Source of the DNA: Eledone cirrhosa
Lineage: Eukaryota
Direction of reading: 5' to 3'
Assembly (NCBI GenBank): GCA_964016885.1
Contig: OZ024741.1
Coordinates: 175,460,001-175,524,000, forward strand
Length of the DNA: 64,000 bases
The position numbers were made by a program, and so were the translations under genes. Under the pieces are notes generated by a model, which did no database searches, was not told the origin of the DNA, and saw only the letters and a program-made list of their open reading frames with translations. This document shows positions 13,200 to 27,021 of the stretch, piece by piece (positions within the stretch are counted from its first letter, which is position 1; each line of letters begins with the position of its first letter).

Positions 13200-13364
13200 C
13201 CCGTATTTCCCGGCGTCGAAGACGTTACCATTTCTCTAAAACAAGTCTCAAAAATCTACCATGCGTCCTGGAGGCCGAAGGTTGTTTTTCATTTAAAAAA
13301 ATTTTTGGTTGTCAAAATTAGGGTGTGTCCTCGATGACGAAGTGTTTTCGGCGTAGGGAAATAT
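13200..13364. mobile_element. Tc1/mariner-type MITE (family M1), second copy
   Basis: Shares AAAAATCTACCATGCGTC and TTTGGTTGTCAAAATTAGGGTG with 2872-3023; TIR CCGTATTTCCCGGCG. Confidence 0.7.
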
Positions 13365-14492
13365 TAGTTTCTACTTTTATCATACACATATTGTGTAACA
13401 TCGCAATAATGATGTTTAACATGTTGTTTGATATTTTTATGACCAGGACAGAAAATAAAGATATGTATGTTTTTTTGAGACAACATAATCTGTTTTTACA
13501 TAAAAATCTTATGTATTTGTATGTAAAAAATTGAAACAAAATGTGATATTTTTTTGACAATTTACACGATAAAATAAAAAATAAATACTTTTGTGCTGAT
13601 ATAACTGCTAAAAATAGACTGTTTGTATTTTTATTTATCGTGAGGTAAAACACACATACACTACACACACACACACACACACACAGATATATATATATAT
13701 ATATAAAATCATATAATCGCTACTTATAGTCTTAAATATCAAGATAATATTATAATAATGAGGAACAGATATAAAACAGTTTTGCAGAATGATTACTGAA
13801 AAAATTGTTTTAGTGTTCAGTTAAGCATAGGGTATTAAATGCCGTAAAATGACGTTAGTTCCTTCTATTTGATATATGCAGCGTGAATGTAAGATGAGCC
13901 AAGACTCCAATAAAACCTCTGTGTAAGGAGGTACGTTGTCTGGATGGTGATCGGAATATTAGAGTTTTTCTTTGAAGTTTATGGGAAATGTTTTATAGAT
14001 TTTGAAAAACCACTCTCGTAGAACCTAACTTTGAAAAGAAGTTATCAAATAAATTATACAAGAAGGAATTTGTTGAAGCAAAAATATTTCAAGAATGTTT
14101 TTAATCAGGTGAAATAGAATATGGTTAAATGCTATGGTTCATAGTATCGTGTTGTGGCTTTACGAAAAACAACAAGAACAAGAACAAGAACAAGAACAAG
14201 AACAAGAACAAGAACAACAACAACAACAACAACAACAACAGCAACAACAAATAAACAAACAAAAATACACAACAAAAACAAAAAAAAATGAGCAATAAAA
14301 ACCAGCAATAAAAGAAAGCAAAGCAAACAAATAACAGGTGTTTATAAACGGATTTTTAACTGCGAGGATGCGAATTCGACTCTATAGTAGTGCGACAGCA
14401 ATTTACGATGTTTGGGAGAGTAGCAACCGCATCGTGCTGGATGTAGAAACAGTTATTTTGTAAAGAGACAGCAATTGATAGCAGACCTAAAT

Positions 14493-14671
14493 TAGACCTG
14501 CCAACCTCTAAAAATCCATGAAAAAAAGTGTCCTAAAACGAGGAGAAATAATGCAAAATGCGAAGTTTTACATAATGAAAGCTATACCCATTTTCACAAA
14601 AGAAGACATCTTCTAGCCACTCCAAAGTATGCGGGATATCTCCCCGTCGGACGGGAGTATTGACAGGTCTG
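14493..14671 (-). mobile_element. MITE family M2 (TIR CAGACCTGCCAAC)
   Basis: TIRs at both ends; CCTAAAT duplicated on both flanks; homologues at 18935 and 43264. Confidence 0.8.
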
Positions 14672-16108
14672 CCTAAATGGAACGAACTCGATGCATGAGG
14701 AAGTCGGATTCGTGTCGTGGACAAGAAATGTAATACTAGCTTCAGTATGTTTACAGAATCTATTGGTTACTAAACGAAACAAATCAGCCATTAATAGATT
14801 TTTACTTACAAATGAATAAATTAATGTTAAAAACACATCACATTTATTATTGGTTTCTGGACGGCAAACTGGTAAAATCATTAGATCGTCGGATAGGATG
14901 CTTTGCGCTATTCGTTCCCACTGTTTGCCCTGATTTCAAATCCTATCGAGGTCAAAGTTTCCTTTCATTATTTCGATGTAGATAAACAAAGCGCACAGGG
15001 TTGTTTCTTCTCTATATCTCTTTCTCACTTCTCACTTCCCCACTCTCTCCATTTCTAGATGAATTCGTCTGTGTTCATATTTGGAGAGGGATGCCCAAGA
15101 AACACCGTATGTCACTATGGTGCCCCTACGACTCCATTTAGAATTAGCGGTTTATAACTTAGACATAACATAAGCAATTTGAAGACAGTGGAAAGACAAC
15201 TAAATCAGTCCCAGTATTGACTAGAACCTTTATTTTATGAACCTCTAAACTATGAAAAACGAAATTGGCTTCAGCTGGACTTGAGCTCAGACCATAGATA
15301 TAGATAGAAGCTATCCTTGAGATACTTTGATACTGATAATTAGATTTAAATTACTTATTAAACTAGAATTTGTTTAGCATTTTCAATCAAAGTGAAGATT
15401 GTTTTTATTATTGATTTCTATTGATGTGGAACAAGATTTCTCTGTATTTTCAGAGGTCATCAAGAAATACAATGAACCGTTCTGACCAAAAGAATTAGCA
15501 AAATAAGTAAAATGAACAGAAATTTAATCTAATACTTCGAACGAATAAATGAAAATCAAATTTTCAGTCGGCCTAATTATAATTAGATAATTAGATTAAT
15601 AACTTTTTGTGTTCAAAAAGATTTCAATAGTCTAATTATTCGTTTTTTTATTCTTCTTTGATGGCTTTCCAAACGGAGCCCCTTCTAATGAGTTTCCTAG
15701 AGGAAACCCTCTCTATGTCGTCACGTGTCCCTTTAGAAATGGCAATTACATCTCCCTCAAACAACATATTTCAGTCTTAACTAAATAAGAAATATACATA
15801 TTAGATAATGTTAAAGCATTCCACAAGCCCAGAGGGTCACCAGACAGGAGTTTATTCCGGTTTTATGTAGCGTTAAAAAATCATAGTACAAGACTTAACA
15901 GTGAAGAGGACGATAGTTCGTAGCAAATCTAACATACTGCTGATACTGTTGGTCCCCATTTTTTCAATTAAAGGTATAGGAGCAATGACAAACGGAATGC
16001 TTTGATCAAGAGCAACGTGTTACGCAATTTTGTACTGAACATATAAGTTAATGATTTCGAGATCAACACCCTTACCACTAGACCGCGCAAATTCACACCA
16101 GACTAGAT

Positions 16109-16427
16109 CAGGGGTGTGCAACATATTCCATTGGCGGGCCACTTTTCAACATTGGAACAACTATTAGGGCCATTAATATTTATTAAGCACTATTCCAAAG
16201 ATTCACCACAACTTCTTTCCATAACATGGAACTGGAAAGTTATAACACACATAACCCTATCAGTGAAGCCCTTTAGTATTGGTCAACTAACAGAAAATTG
16301 TATTACTGTTACGAAAAAAATTCTAAATAAGCCTACAAGGTAAAAATTAAAAATGGTCATCGCGGGCCATTCTGAGTGGTCTGGCGGGCCGGATTGTCAT
16401 CCGCGGCCCGCCTGTTGTACGCCCCTG
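16109..16427. mobile_element. hAT (Charlie-like) MITE
   Basis: TIRs CAGGGGTGTGCAAC / GTTGTACGCCCCTG, subterminal GCGGGCC repeats, left flank GACTAGAT. Confidence 0.75.
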
Positions 16428-16716
16428 GACTCATACATAAAGCTAAACAGACGAGTTAATCTCCGCAGTATTGCCTTTCATCATAGATATGCATGATTAT
16501 AGTTGAGTGGTCAGAAAACGAACAGGGCAAGATTTTAATCATAATCGCTCCAGTAATACGATGACCGATCTTTCCTATATTAAGCATTATATGGAACAAT
16601 ATATCGTTATATATTTATAAGAGAATGATTTGCGTTTGCCTGGCGCGAAATGTCTTATGATACTAAATATTTGTTCTCCATCTGCTGAGTTCAAACCACG
16701 CTACATTATATTTATA

Positions 16717-16904
16717 GGGCGGTGGATTGGCAGTATCGGTAGAGGGTCGGGCGCCATGCTTTGAAGCATAGAATTACCTCCCTCTATGATCTGAGTTCAA
16801 ATCCCGCCGAGGTTAACTTTGCCTTTCATCCTTACGGGGTCGATAAAATAAAGTACCAGTAATGCACTGGGATAATTGCTGGCCTGGTGCCAAATGTAGA
16901 AACA
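16717..16904 (+). mobile_element. SINE family A, full length (first of a tandem pair)
   Basis: Complete head, core and tail. Confidence 0.92.
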
Positions 16905-16916
16905 ATTATATTTATA

Positions 16917-17103
16917 GGGCGGTGGATTGGCAGTATCGGTAGAGGGTCGGACACTATGTTTGACGCATAGAGTTATGCCCCTTGCCATTCTGAGTTCAAA
17001 TCGCGCCAAGGTTAACTTTGCCTTTCATCCTTACGGGGTCGATAAAATAAAGTACCAGTAATGTACTGGGTATTTGCTGGCCTTGTGCCAACAGTAGAAA
17101 CAA
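16917..17103 (+). mobile_element. SINE family A, full length (second of a tandem pair)
   Basis: Complete head, core and tail. Confidence 0.92.
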
Positions 17104-17220
17104 TTATATTTATATGGTTACCATTAATATACTTGGATCTCCTCCGTCTTACTCTAAAAATAGATACGCCCCCCTATATATGTATATATGCATGTTTATA
17201 TGTATGTATGTATGTATGTT

Positions 17221-17252
<32 letters not shown>

Positions 17253-17639
17253 TGTATGTATGTATGTATGTATGTGTATATATATATATATATATATATA
17301 CTATATATATATATACTATATATATATATATGTGAATTACCATGAAAGAAACTTCAAGACAGTTTGGTACCATATTTACAAAATATATTTTTGGTATTAG
17401 TTCCATTAGACTTATTCTCGTCAATCTGATGTAATTTCCAACAATAATAGGCAGTGTGTCTTTTCAATAGTCTATTCATTAAGCTATCTGGTATTCTTTG
17501 GTTTAATAAGCACTATTGGATGGTTTAATGAAGCGAACATTTAGTGAGAAAATCAACAGTTATGTCTCTTTGACAAAAAACAAGAAGAAAAATGTCTCTG
17601 GATTTTTATTAGAATATATTGGAAAGTAGTTATGTGTCT

Positions 17640-17694
<55 letters not shown>

Positions 17695-17787
17695 GAAAGA
17701 GAGAGCGAAAGAAATTAAGGAAGAAGAAATAAAAGAAGATTTATGTTTGAAAATATTTTAATACATATATATATATGCATATGTATA

Positions 17788-17913
<126 letters not shown>

Positions 17914-17939
17914 GCCTTGTTTTTGTCTACTCTGCTTAG

Positions 17940-18112
17940 TGACGAAAGTAATTTGGCGACGGAGAGAAAATGAAAATTCCCTGTGTAATAGAGATGTAAA
18001 AATAAAAGAGGAAATATTAACAAGGAATATGGCCTTACATAAACAAAATAGAAGACGACGGAAAAAAATGTTAAATGCTTTTAGCGCCATCTTAAGACTT
18101 TGGATATTCTAG
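17940..18112 (+). CDS. Possible terminal coding exon of an unidentified gene
   Basis: Pyrimidine tract plus TAG acceptor, 57 open codons ([15 protein letters not shown]...[23 protein letters not shown]), AATAAA downstream; no recognised homology. Confidence 0.2.
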
Positions 18113-18934
18113 TAAAGAAAGAACAATACAATTTGATGCAGAACTACGTTCATCGAAGGGGAAAATCTAATATTCTAAATAAAAAAAAAATGTATATATA
18201 TAATGTATATAAATATATATTATAAATAAAATAAATAAATTGGCACAACTATAAGAAGATCACAGGTTCCCTTCCTCCTTGCCTTCGCCCTTTTAACAAG
18301 CTTGAGACAATGGGTTTATTGTACAGTTCTGTATTCTTATTGCTTATTGTCTTGAAATTGTGTAGCCGACGATTAATTTCTCGGTGAAACAAAAACAGCT
18401 TTGAAATGCGCAGAGCGATATTAAAACAATTCGGAATTACAAGAAACAATAAACAAGGCAATAACAAACAGAAAAAAAGAAAAGGAAAAAAAGAAAAATC
18501 AACAGAAAATACAAAGAAAGTGAAGCTTCTAGTTAGTCGCTCCAGCTGGTTAATGTTGAAGCCAAAACTCTTTCAACACACTCGGTTAACGCTTTTAATG
18601 TAGGAAACATAAGTTTTGTTTAGTCCTACATCTTAGAACGAATGTTATGTATGTCTTTCCCATACTTTCCACCCACCGACACACAGTTAATGTTTATGAC
18701 GAAAAAGTGCCGATCAAATACTCAGTTCAATTCCTCACCATACGACACTTATGTCTGTTTTTGCAAGCTGAGCTGATGGCGGCTACGAAGCTGTAATACC
18801 GAAGGCATCTGTCTGTGAGGGTTAACTATGAATCTTCAACTGGAAAATTTCTCTCATAGATTCAGGCCTAGATAATATGTTTTCCGAAATGGTAGTTGCC
18901 CATACAGAAAAAAACCCTCTCTTCTTGTCATAGA

Positions 18935-19129
18935 CACACCTGTCAACTCTTCCCGTCCGACTTGGAGATCTCCCACCTACTTTGGAGTGGGCGAGTGATG
19001 TCTTCTCTTGTGAAAATGGATGTAGCTTTCACTATGTAAAATCTCCCTATTTTGCCTCATTTCTCCCCGTTTTGGGGCATTTATTTCATGGTACTCCCCT
19101 TTTTAGTTTTTTAGAGGTTGGCAGGTCTG
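18935..19129 (+). mobile_element. MITE family M2
   Basis: CACACCTGTCAAC...GTTGGCAGGTCTG; flanks CATAGA / CGTAGA. Confidence 0.8.
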
Positions 19130-20295
19130 CGTAGATGTCGTAGGAAAAAAACGGGCAATAACTGCTTGGTACGCAGAAATAGCAGATGCCCATGCAAGAA
19201 GTTTCTTCTCTCCACGCCATATATGTTGTCGAAGAGAGAAACAAGGGTAGATAACCGCTTGGGAAATTGTTCTTAAAATATAAATTATTTTGTGTTTTTG
19301 TTCTTGAGATCTTCGGGAAAAATAACAGCACAATCACTTGATCTTTCTTTACCTTTAGCAGAACTGATTGTTGCGAAAATTTGGACCAGATCTCTGGTCC
19401 CTTCTTCACACATGTCTTTCTATTTAATAATTGATCTGCAGTTGTTAAAGGAAAATATCGGTTACTTCAATCGCATCGCTTCTAATGAAATACTGAGCAT
19501 TTCCTGTTTTCATATAATTCGAGAATTGCAGGCGTCTATCGATTTCAACAATGTATCAAGCAATAAGAGCAACATCACTTATCAACATTCAGTGCCTGTA
19601 GGTGGTATATCTGGTATTTTCTCTTAAAAGTGTCAATGTTGATTGTGGGTTCACTGCCATTCTACGATAGAGCGAAACATGCCTTATATGTCGGCATTTA
19701 GTTGCTTGTGTTCTTGTGTTCGGTTTGATACTAAAATGTTTCAGATCTCTCCTTGCCACGTATTTGAAGCGAAGCTTTAGTCATCCTGTAGTTGTCTCTT
19801 CTCCGAGAACAGCATGTAAGAGAAAGAGAGTGTGTGTTTGTGTGCGTGCGTGATATATGTATGTATGTATGTATATATATATAAAAAGCATGAGAAGAAT
19901 GAATACTGCGTGGTTGCACATGGGTTACATATGATAAAAATAGTCCTTCATCAGTGATTTTCCAACCTTCATTGGTATTTCATCGCTTTAAAAATTATAT
20001 ACCTCCAGTTGGTGCGAGCAATAGCTAAATAAAGCTATTGGGACAAGTAAATCTCGTAAAGCGAGCGAGACAAGTAAACAAACATAGAAGGATAGCAACG
20101 CAAAGATAGGAAAAAACAAGCACATGGAAGTCCGATCAGCTTAAGCTGTGTGGATTTCATGAGCGAGAGACAACAGACCGTCCGACGCGAGTGAGGTGTG
20201 AGCAAGAAAAGACCCCACTTCAGGCCAAACGGGAGGAAGTGAGAAGGGGAGAAGCAGAAAGTGAGTGAGTGGAAGTGCGAGGAAGAGGCCAGTTG

Positions 20296-20496
20296 AGAGA
20301 AAGTGTCAGGATTCCGACGACTCAGCTCGGCCGTTACGACAGCTAGATCCGAAAGCGTTCGGATCTAAGTGTCGAAACGGCCGGAACTCAGTCGTCGGGG
20401 TCCCGACTCTTTTCATATTACCCACTCTACTACCCTAAGTATTGAGTACTCTGGTGCGTTATGGTCCACCTGGTATCTTACCACACTCTCTTTGTT
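20296..20496 (+). mobile_element. Fold-back HHR mini-element, family F1
   Basis: Imperfect palindrome at about 20296-20415 containing GTC-GAAAC-ggc..gtc-GTC; tail shared with 21826, 24364 and 32541; abuts (TA)n(GA)n. Confidence 0.75.
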
Positions 20497-20510
20497 TATA
20501 TATATATATA

Positions 20511-20613
<103 letters not shown>

Positions 20614-21659
20614 GTATGAGTTATGAAGCATCCTTGTAACGTATCCAACTCCTCAAAGACGGATGAATTTGAGTTCAATTGAAAGGGGCTGGGATTTGCT
20701 GGTGGTATCTCATTATTTGTGTTGCTCTTTCGAAGATATACTTAGGGCTGATGTGAGGTATCTTTGAAATATGTCACGTCGATTTACTGACTAATATATT
20801 CATTTATTTATTTTCTATCCCTTCCTCATTTTTCTCTTTTGTTTTAAAATATATACAACTGAATAATTAGCAGTAGCACTAACATAGCGTGATAGTGTTA
20901 CTACTAATTATTATAAGCCAAGTTAAATATGCACTATATGCAAATGAACTTCTTATATTTTACAAAATGTATATAAGTTATAGCTTATCTCTCTCAGTAC
21001 CACGTGAGTAAATGTCAGTTATGATGGATAATTCTGATACACTAATGCCTGGAGTTCTCACACAGTTACTGCTGAGATAGCTGTGGCAGGATCATAGCTT
21101 AAAACATTCACAGTGAGACATTTATTTTCCATAAACGTATTGTATACGTCCTCATATACACCTCTAATAGGCAATAGATTATGAAATTTTGACTGAAATG
21201 ATACACTGACCGAATAATGATCCTCCATGTTGCTTACTTGGCACACTACACAGTTAACACGACACAATCACCAACACAATATATAATGAATAATATATCA
21301 CGGGTTTAAGTATGGTGGTTACAGTACACCAAATGAGATGTTTATGCTTTTTTTTATCAATATTACTAACGTTGTACATCTAAAGTATTGATTTGCAGCA
21401 TATTTTGTTTGATCTTGCTTATCTCTAGTCACTGAAGAGTTACTACAGAGAATATTGAAAATATTCTAGAATCGTTTCAACAGAGGAAATAACAAATTTC
21501 CTAATTTTCAAGTATATGTCTAAATAAATTATTTTCTTATCGGATTAGCAACTCTGACAGCAAGAATATATAAACTGTTTGTTGTTATAAAAGCATTGAT
21601 CATATACATTTATAACAAACAAAGAGGCATTGATTATATAGCGAAGGCGAGGGATTAAC

Positions 21660-21750
21660 TCATTGTTGGATTCACGATCATAAGGTCGTAGGTTCGATTC
21701 GAAGACCGGTCGGTGTGTTGTGTTCTTGAGCAAGACGCTTCATTTTAAGC
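21660..21750 (+). mobile_element. SINE family B fragment
   Basis: GGTTCGATTC B box followed by GTTGTGTTCTTGAGCAAGACGCTT. Confidence 0.65.
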
Positions 21751-21825
21751 TGTTTACCATGATAGGACTAATGGCTCGTATAATTAAAATACCCCTAAAA
21801 ACTCTTATGCGGTACAATCTCGTAA

Positions 21826-21896
21826 CCTCTACTACCCTAAGTAGCGAGTACTCTGGTGCGTTATGGTCCATCTGGTTTCTTACCACACTTTCTTTG

Positions 21897-21898
<2 letters not shown>
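21826..21898 (+). mobile_element. Family F1 tail fragment
   Basis: CTCTACTACCCTAAGTAGCGAGTACTCTGGTGCGTTATGGTCCA followed by (TA)n. Confidence 0.75.
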
Positions 21899-21944
<46 letters not shown>

Positions 21945-22027
21945 GTTAATAAAAGAAACAAACAGAACACATAAAGCAAAATGACACAGTTTACGATAGG
22001 TTCACGCTTGGAGGAAGTGTAGGAGGA

Positions 22028-22061
22028 TTCAACGTTCCAGACAGAAGTCCTTCTTCAAGCA
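22028..22061 (-). ncRNA. Degenerate minimal HHR in a pLTR-like island (about 21940-22300)
   Basis: tgc-TTGAAGA-aggac ttct gtct-GGAAC-GTT-gaa; two core substitutions. Confidence 0.5.
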
Positions 22062-22330
22062 ACTTTGGATAAGGAGAGTACAGATGGACGAATGAATAGT
22101 GTGAGAAGATTAATAAATTAAGTTAATAAAGGGGGATTCGGAGGATAAAGATAGTTAGGGGGAGATGGGCGAAAGGTCCGGCCTGGGGGAGGTGACAAAA
22201 TGGAGGGGTACGGAGGTGTCATGGGTGTGGTTGTGTGTGTGCGCCGAGAAGAAGAAATTAGTAGGTGTGCGTGGCTTCAGTCTATGGGTGTGTGTGGCCA
22301 TACACACACACACATACACACACACACACG

Positions 22331-22374
<44 letters not shown>

Positions 22375-22387
22375 AAGATGAAATCAA

Positions 22388-22540
22388 ATCCAGCACTAAA
22401 CTGGTACTTTTTTCATTGACCCCGAAAAAATGAAAGGTGCAGATGAACCTCAGTGGGATTTGAGCTCACGATGTAGAGGGCCAGAATAAATGCTGCAAAA
22501 AAAAATCTACTCGATGTTTTAACTACTCCACCATTTCGCC
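22388..22540 (-). mobile_element. Older SINE family A copy
   Basis: CTGGTACTT..GACCCCG..ATGAAAGG..GGATTTGAGCTC. Confidence 0.7.
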
Positions 22541-23588
22541 ATAACTACACATACATACGTGAGTATTGTATATGCTATTTAGAATGATCAGTTTAAAAGC
22601 ATATTCGAAATAAGCTGTCATTGTTTTTGTTACTGTAATAAGTCAATTCTACTGGATTAATAGAATCGTTAGAGTCTCGGACAAAATGCTTTCCGGTATA
22701 TATTCTGGCTTCATCTCCCGTCAAAATTAAATGGAAATTTTATCCACCCGTGTTCTATAAAATAAATTATCAATTAAGTACTGATTCTAGAAAATCGACT
22801 TTCGTTTCCCCACAGAAATTCTTACTTTTCTGCTAAATTAGAAACATTATTATCTTCCATACAGCTAACTTAAAGCTCCTTGAATTATGCGATCTGTTTT
22901 TACTCGAATCACTAATGACCACAACTAAATAAAAATTGAAATAAATTCCTACATTATATTATATTCATTGTATTATACTCTATTAGATTACAATATATTA
23001 TTATATTATATCATATATTATATATAATTATTTTATTAAGTCACATAACATCATTATACATTGTCACGATGCATGATTTTATTATCCAAAGTGGTTTTAT
23101 CGCTTCATATCAAAGAGATTGCACCGTAAGTCGCCATTAACAAAACTCAATATGACCTCTTTGACAAACCATCGACCTTTATGACATCAAAGTGATATTC
23201 TCCTTTACAATTTACTTAATAAATTTCTCGACAAACATCACCAATTACAAAATATTATTGATATACGTTTAGTCACTTCTAAACTGTATAAACATTTCAA
23301 TGGACAATTTTGATTTTATGTTGTTGATTTTAATACTTTGCATTTCAATTTTTATTTTATTTATATTCTAAACGGTGTTTTTGGTCTTTGCTTTCATGGA
23401 GTTATTTCATTTTATTGTAAAAATTAGATAATTTTGTAATTATTTCATAAAGATATCTGTGGTATTAACAACCTACTCAATTGTAAGGCGATTGACGCAA
23501 AAAGAATATTTATTATAGTTTCCATAGAATTTCATCCAAACAAATTAAAAGCTCTTTGTCAACAATTACACAGATTTCTGTATCAGTC

Positions 23589-23649
<61 letters not shown>

Positions 23650-23723
23650 CCCACCTCCCTCTCCACCCCGATGTTTTCTTCATTCCTTCCTTCCTTCTCG
23701 CACATCTCTCTTTTCTCCATCTG

Positions 23724-23812
<89 letters not shown>

Positions 23813-23989
23813 GCGCGCACAGACACACATACCCACACACGCACATACACACACAAGCACACACACACATATATATATATGCGAAAAATAAAAGGAAAAT
23901 AACACAGCAAACGATACAGTAGAGTAAAATGAAGATATATATGAGATAAACGCTTGTTATAGTAGGAAGAGAAGTTTAATGTTTTGGAC

Positions 23990-24230
23990 AAAATCAGTGA
24001 TGCATCTGGACTTAGTTTATTTCGTGTTACAAATGTTTCGCGGGCATGTAGCTCGAGTCATGGTCCTTGTATGGATCTGGCTGCATCAGTGCAGATGCAT
24101 CAAGTCTGGCTGCATCAAGTCCAGATGCATCAGTGATTTTTCGTTTTTTTGATAATTTCTACACTCTACTCTGATGAATATCGAGTGCTAATTTTGGCAT
24201 ACCGCCTACGGAAGCACCATAGCCACCACT
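23990..24230. mobile_element. Fold-back HHR mini-element, family F2
   Basis: Arms at 23990-24012 and 24119-24140; 3' half of an HHR on the minus strand (GAAAC-attt-GTA-acac); tail homologous to 33190-33295. Confidence 0.7.
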
Positions 24231-24232
24231 AT

Positions 24233-24295
<63 letters not shown>

Positions 24296-24305
24296 TATAA
24301 TCTGC

Positions 24306-24363
<58 letters not shown>

Positions 24364-24368
<5 letters not shown>

Positions 24369-24558
24369 AACCAGTAAGACCCCGACAGCTGAGCTCAAGC
24401 CGTTTCGACGGCTAATTCTGGACGGAATTAGCCGTCGAAACGGCTTGAGCTCAGCTGTCGGGGTCTTACTGGTTCCTATTACCCACTCTACTACCTCAAG
24501 TATTGAGTACTTTGGTGCGTTATGGTCCACCTGGTTCCTTACCACGTTTCCTTCGTTA
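24364..24558 (+). mobile_element. Fold-back HHR mini-element, family F1
   Basis: Perfect 55-bp arms at 24364-24418 and 24425-24479; gacgg aattag ccgtc-GAAAC-ggc ttgagctca gct-GTC; (TA)n on both sides. Confidence 0.85.
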
Positions 24559-25389
24559 TATACATATATATATATATATATATATGTATACGTATAATGT
24601 GTATGTATGTATGCATCTATGTGTATATGTATGAAAATATATGTATACGTTGTCACAGCTACGAACCTACGGAGAGTATGGTACCATTGACTTTAGATAG
24701 AATGTTTTGTGGTATTCGTTTCCGAAACTTTGCGCTCTCTGTGTTTAATTCCTCACGAAGTTAATTTTGCCGTTCATCCTTTCAATGTCTATAAAAAATA
24801 CGACTCTAGTACTGGCGTCGATATTTCTCTAAGACACTTTCTCACAACCTCTCTCCCACTGTCTCTTTTCTTCGACTGTGTCAAGACCTGGAGAGGGGAT
24901 AGGTTATGTTAGGTTTAAAATACCATAGACATGCCGTCACGACGGCATCCTGTTAGGAATTACTGATCGATGAATTCATACATACATATCTGAAGGTGCA
25001 TTGTGTAGTGGTTATGTTTGGGTTGTGGGGTAAATTCTCGAACCGGGAGGTACATTGTATCCCGGAGTAAAACGCTTCATATTTCATTGCTTCAATTTAC
25101 TCAGCTAAAGACCAACATATGAATACCATCAGTAGCAGCAGCTAGGCGTCCAGAGCAGTCTTGTACTCTCTTAATGCAAAATGATTCGGCTCCGGATCGA
25201 TTGCAGCCTTTTACATACTCACATACACATACATGCATGCATGCATGCATACATACATACATGATGGCTTCCTCCTCGTTATCGAGTATGGCCATTGCAC
25301 GATATACTATTATTAATAATTATTAAATAAAGTACCAGTAATACACTGGGTATTTGCTGGCCTTGTGCCTAAAGTGGAAACAATTATTA

Positions 25390-25870
25390 ATAATTATTAA
25401 TTAATTCTATCGTGCAATGCCTGTGCGTGAAGATGTTTTTTAAAGTGGGGGAAAAACTGTGCAATGAGCCAATCCCACTCTCTGAGCGACAGTAGCTAAA
25501 AACCCGAAAAGAAGAAAAGATCAACATCATCAGTAACTACTGAGCCGCATGTTTTATATCAGAGTTATCCCAGTTTCCTGAGTTGCCTTCTCCTAGAAGA
25601 ATGCCCTGACAAAGGCTAGGGGTCCTCCACTCCCAGTGGTTTAACCGCGCGGTACATGTGTATATACATATTTACACACTTTCGGATGGCCGTTGATTCT
25701 TATGAGCTCTCCTGCCCTTTGTCAGGTTTTGTTTTTTGTCCCGCAGGGTGTCCAAACTCACCCTTCTCACCAAGTAAACTTGGTGGGGTTGCCGGTTTAG
25801 TCGCCGACGACCCGACCACGCGACAGCTTGTACTGGGTTACATGTTACGAGTAGCACTCAAGAGTACCCG
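25390..25870 (-). mobile_element. Probable RTE-derived non-autonomous or 5'UTR remnant
   Basis: Minus strand contains TCTAGGAGAAGGCAACTC and CCGGCAACCCCACC, resembling RTE leader motifs; recognised from memory only. Confidence 0.35.
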
Positions 25871-26764
25871 ACATACGTACATACATACATACATACACGT
25901 ATACAAACTTATATGCATACACATAACACGCATGCATGCATTCATAAAAACATATATACATACATGCGTACGTTCATATATACACGTACTTACATAGTAC
26001 TTACATATATACACGCATACTTGCATGCATGCATATATATATATATACATATACATACACATACACACATACATACTACTTGAATATTGACAATATGTTT
26101 CCTCATATCATTTCTAGGGGTAAAACGATGGTACCCGATCTTTCTAAATCAACTGTTTATAGCTGTATCTAAACTCATTCCTTGCGACTCAATGCATATT
26201 TGACAAATGATGTCATCTTTTGTGCAGTTCTTTATACATCCATGGATTCGAAACCATGGACTCATCACTAGTGTTGTAGTCTTGAATCATTGGATGTTTC
26301 AGTTCTTAAAACTCACATTCCCATCCATCTGATCCAACTACGGTTGTAGTCACTGGCTGTTTCGCGTTTTATAATATACACCTTCAACTAAGTGACTCAA
26401 CTGGAGTTGATCAAGTTTAGTTGGTGTCGACCTTTCTAGCATAACACTGTTTACCGCCTCCTCATTTGACATACCAGAAATGAAGCTAAATAAAAGCAGA
26501 TATTAAAATTCTTTCTCTCTTGTTCTCTATCGCCAAGTGATAGGGGATATATTTCAGTAATACCAATTAATGTATATTTTTCACCTAAAACCTGAGCAGT
26601 CTATGGCATACTGTCATAGTAATATGGCGAAAGATGCATGGACAGGTGTTAAGGATACCCGGGAAGAGATCAATGAGAGTTTCCTTCAAATATAATCGAG
26701 AGGGGATGGAGCCTAGGTGAGATCTGTTGAGGAAGACCTGGCAGAGCAGACCCGGTTCCGTTGG

Positions 26765-27021
26765 CGAGTGTTCCAGTTGTTACGATCAATGGAACAGCAT
26801 GATCGTGGAATTAACGTGCAAATAACTGAGTATTTCACAAACACGTATACTTTAAACATTGTTTGTAGAGATATTTAGTGTGACACAATGTTTGACAAGG
26901 CTGGCCCTTTGAATTACAGGTACGACTCATTTTGGCCAACTGTAGTAGGATACAAGGCACCGCTGGGAATCGAACTTACCACCATACTATCGTAAAACAC
27001 CCTAGCCACGAGACCACGCGT
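26765..27021 (-). mobile_element. SINE family B copy
   Basis: GGGAATCGAAC (B box, reverse complement) and body ACAAGGCTGGCCCTTTGAATTACAGGTAC shared with 28030-28150, 42710-42960 and 43590-43858. Confidence 0.7.

Noticed and set aside
26236-26270. Minus-strand GTGATGA-gtccatgg..ccatggat hairpin resembling an HHR
   Set aside because: No GAAA, NUH or stem I pairing
26330-26490. Possible minus-strand exon (FISGMSNEEAVNSVML...)
   Set aside because: Short, followed by multiple stops, no recognised homology
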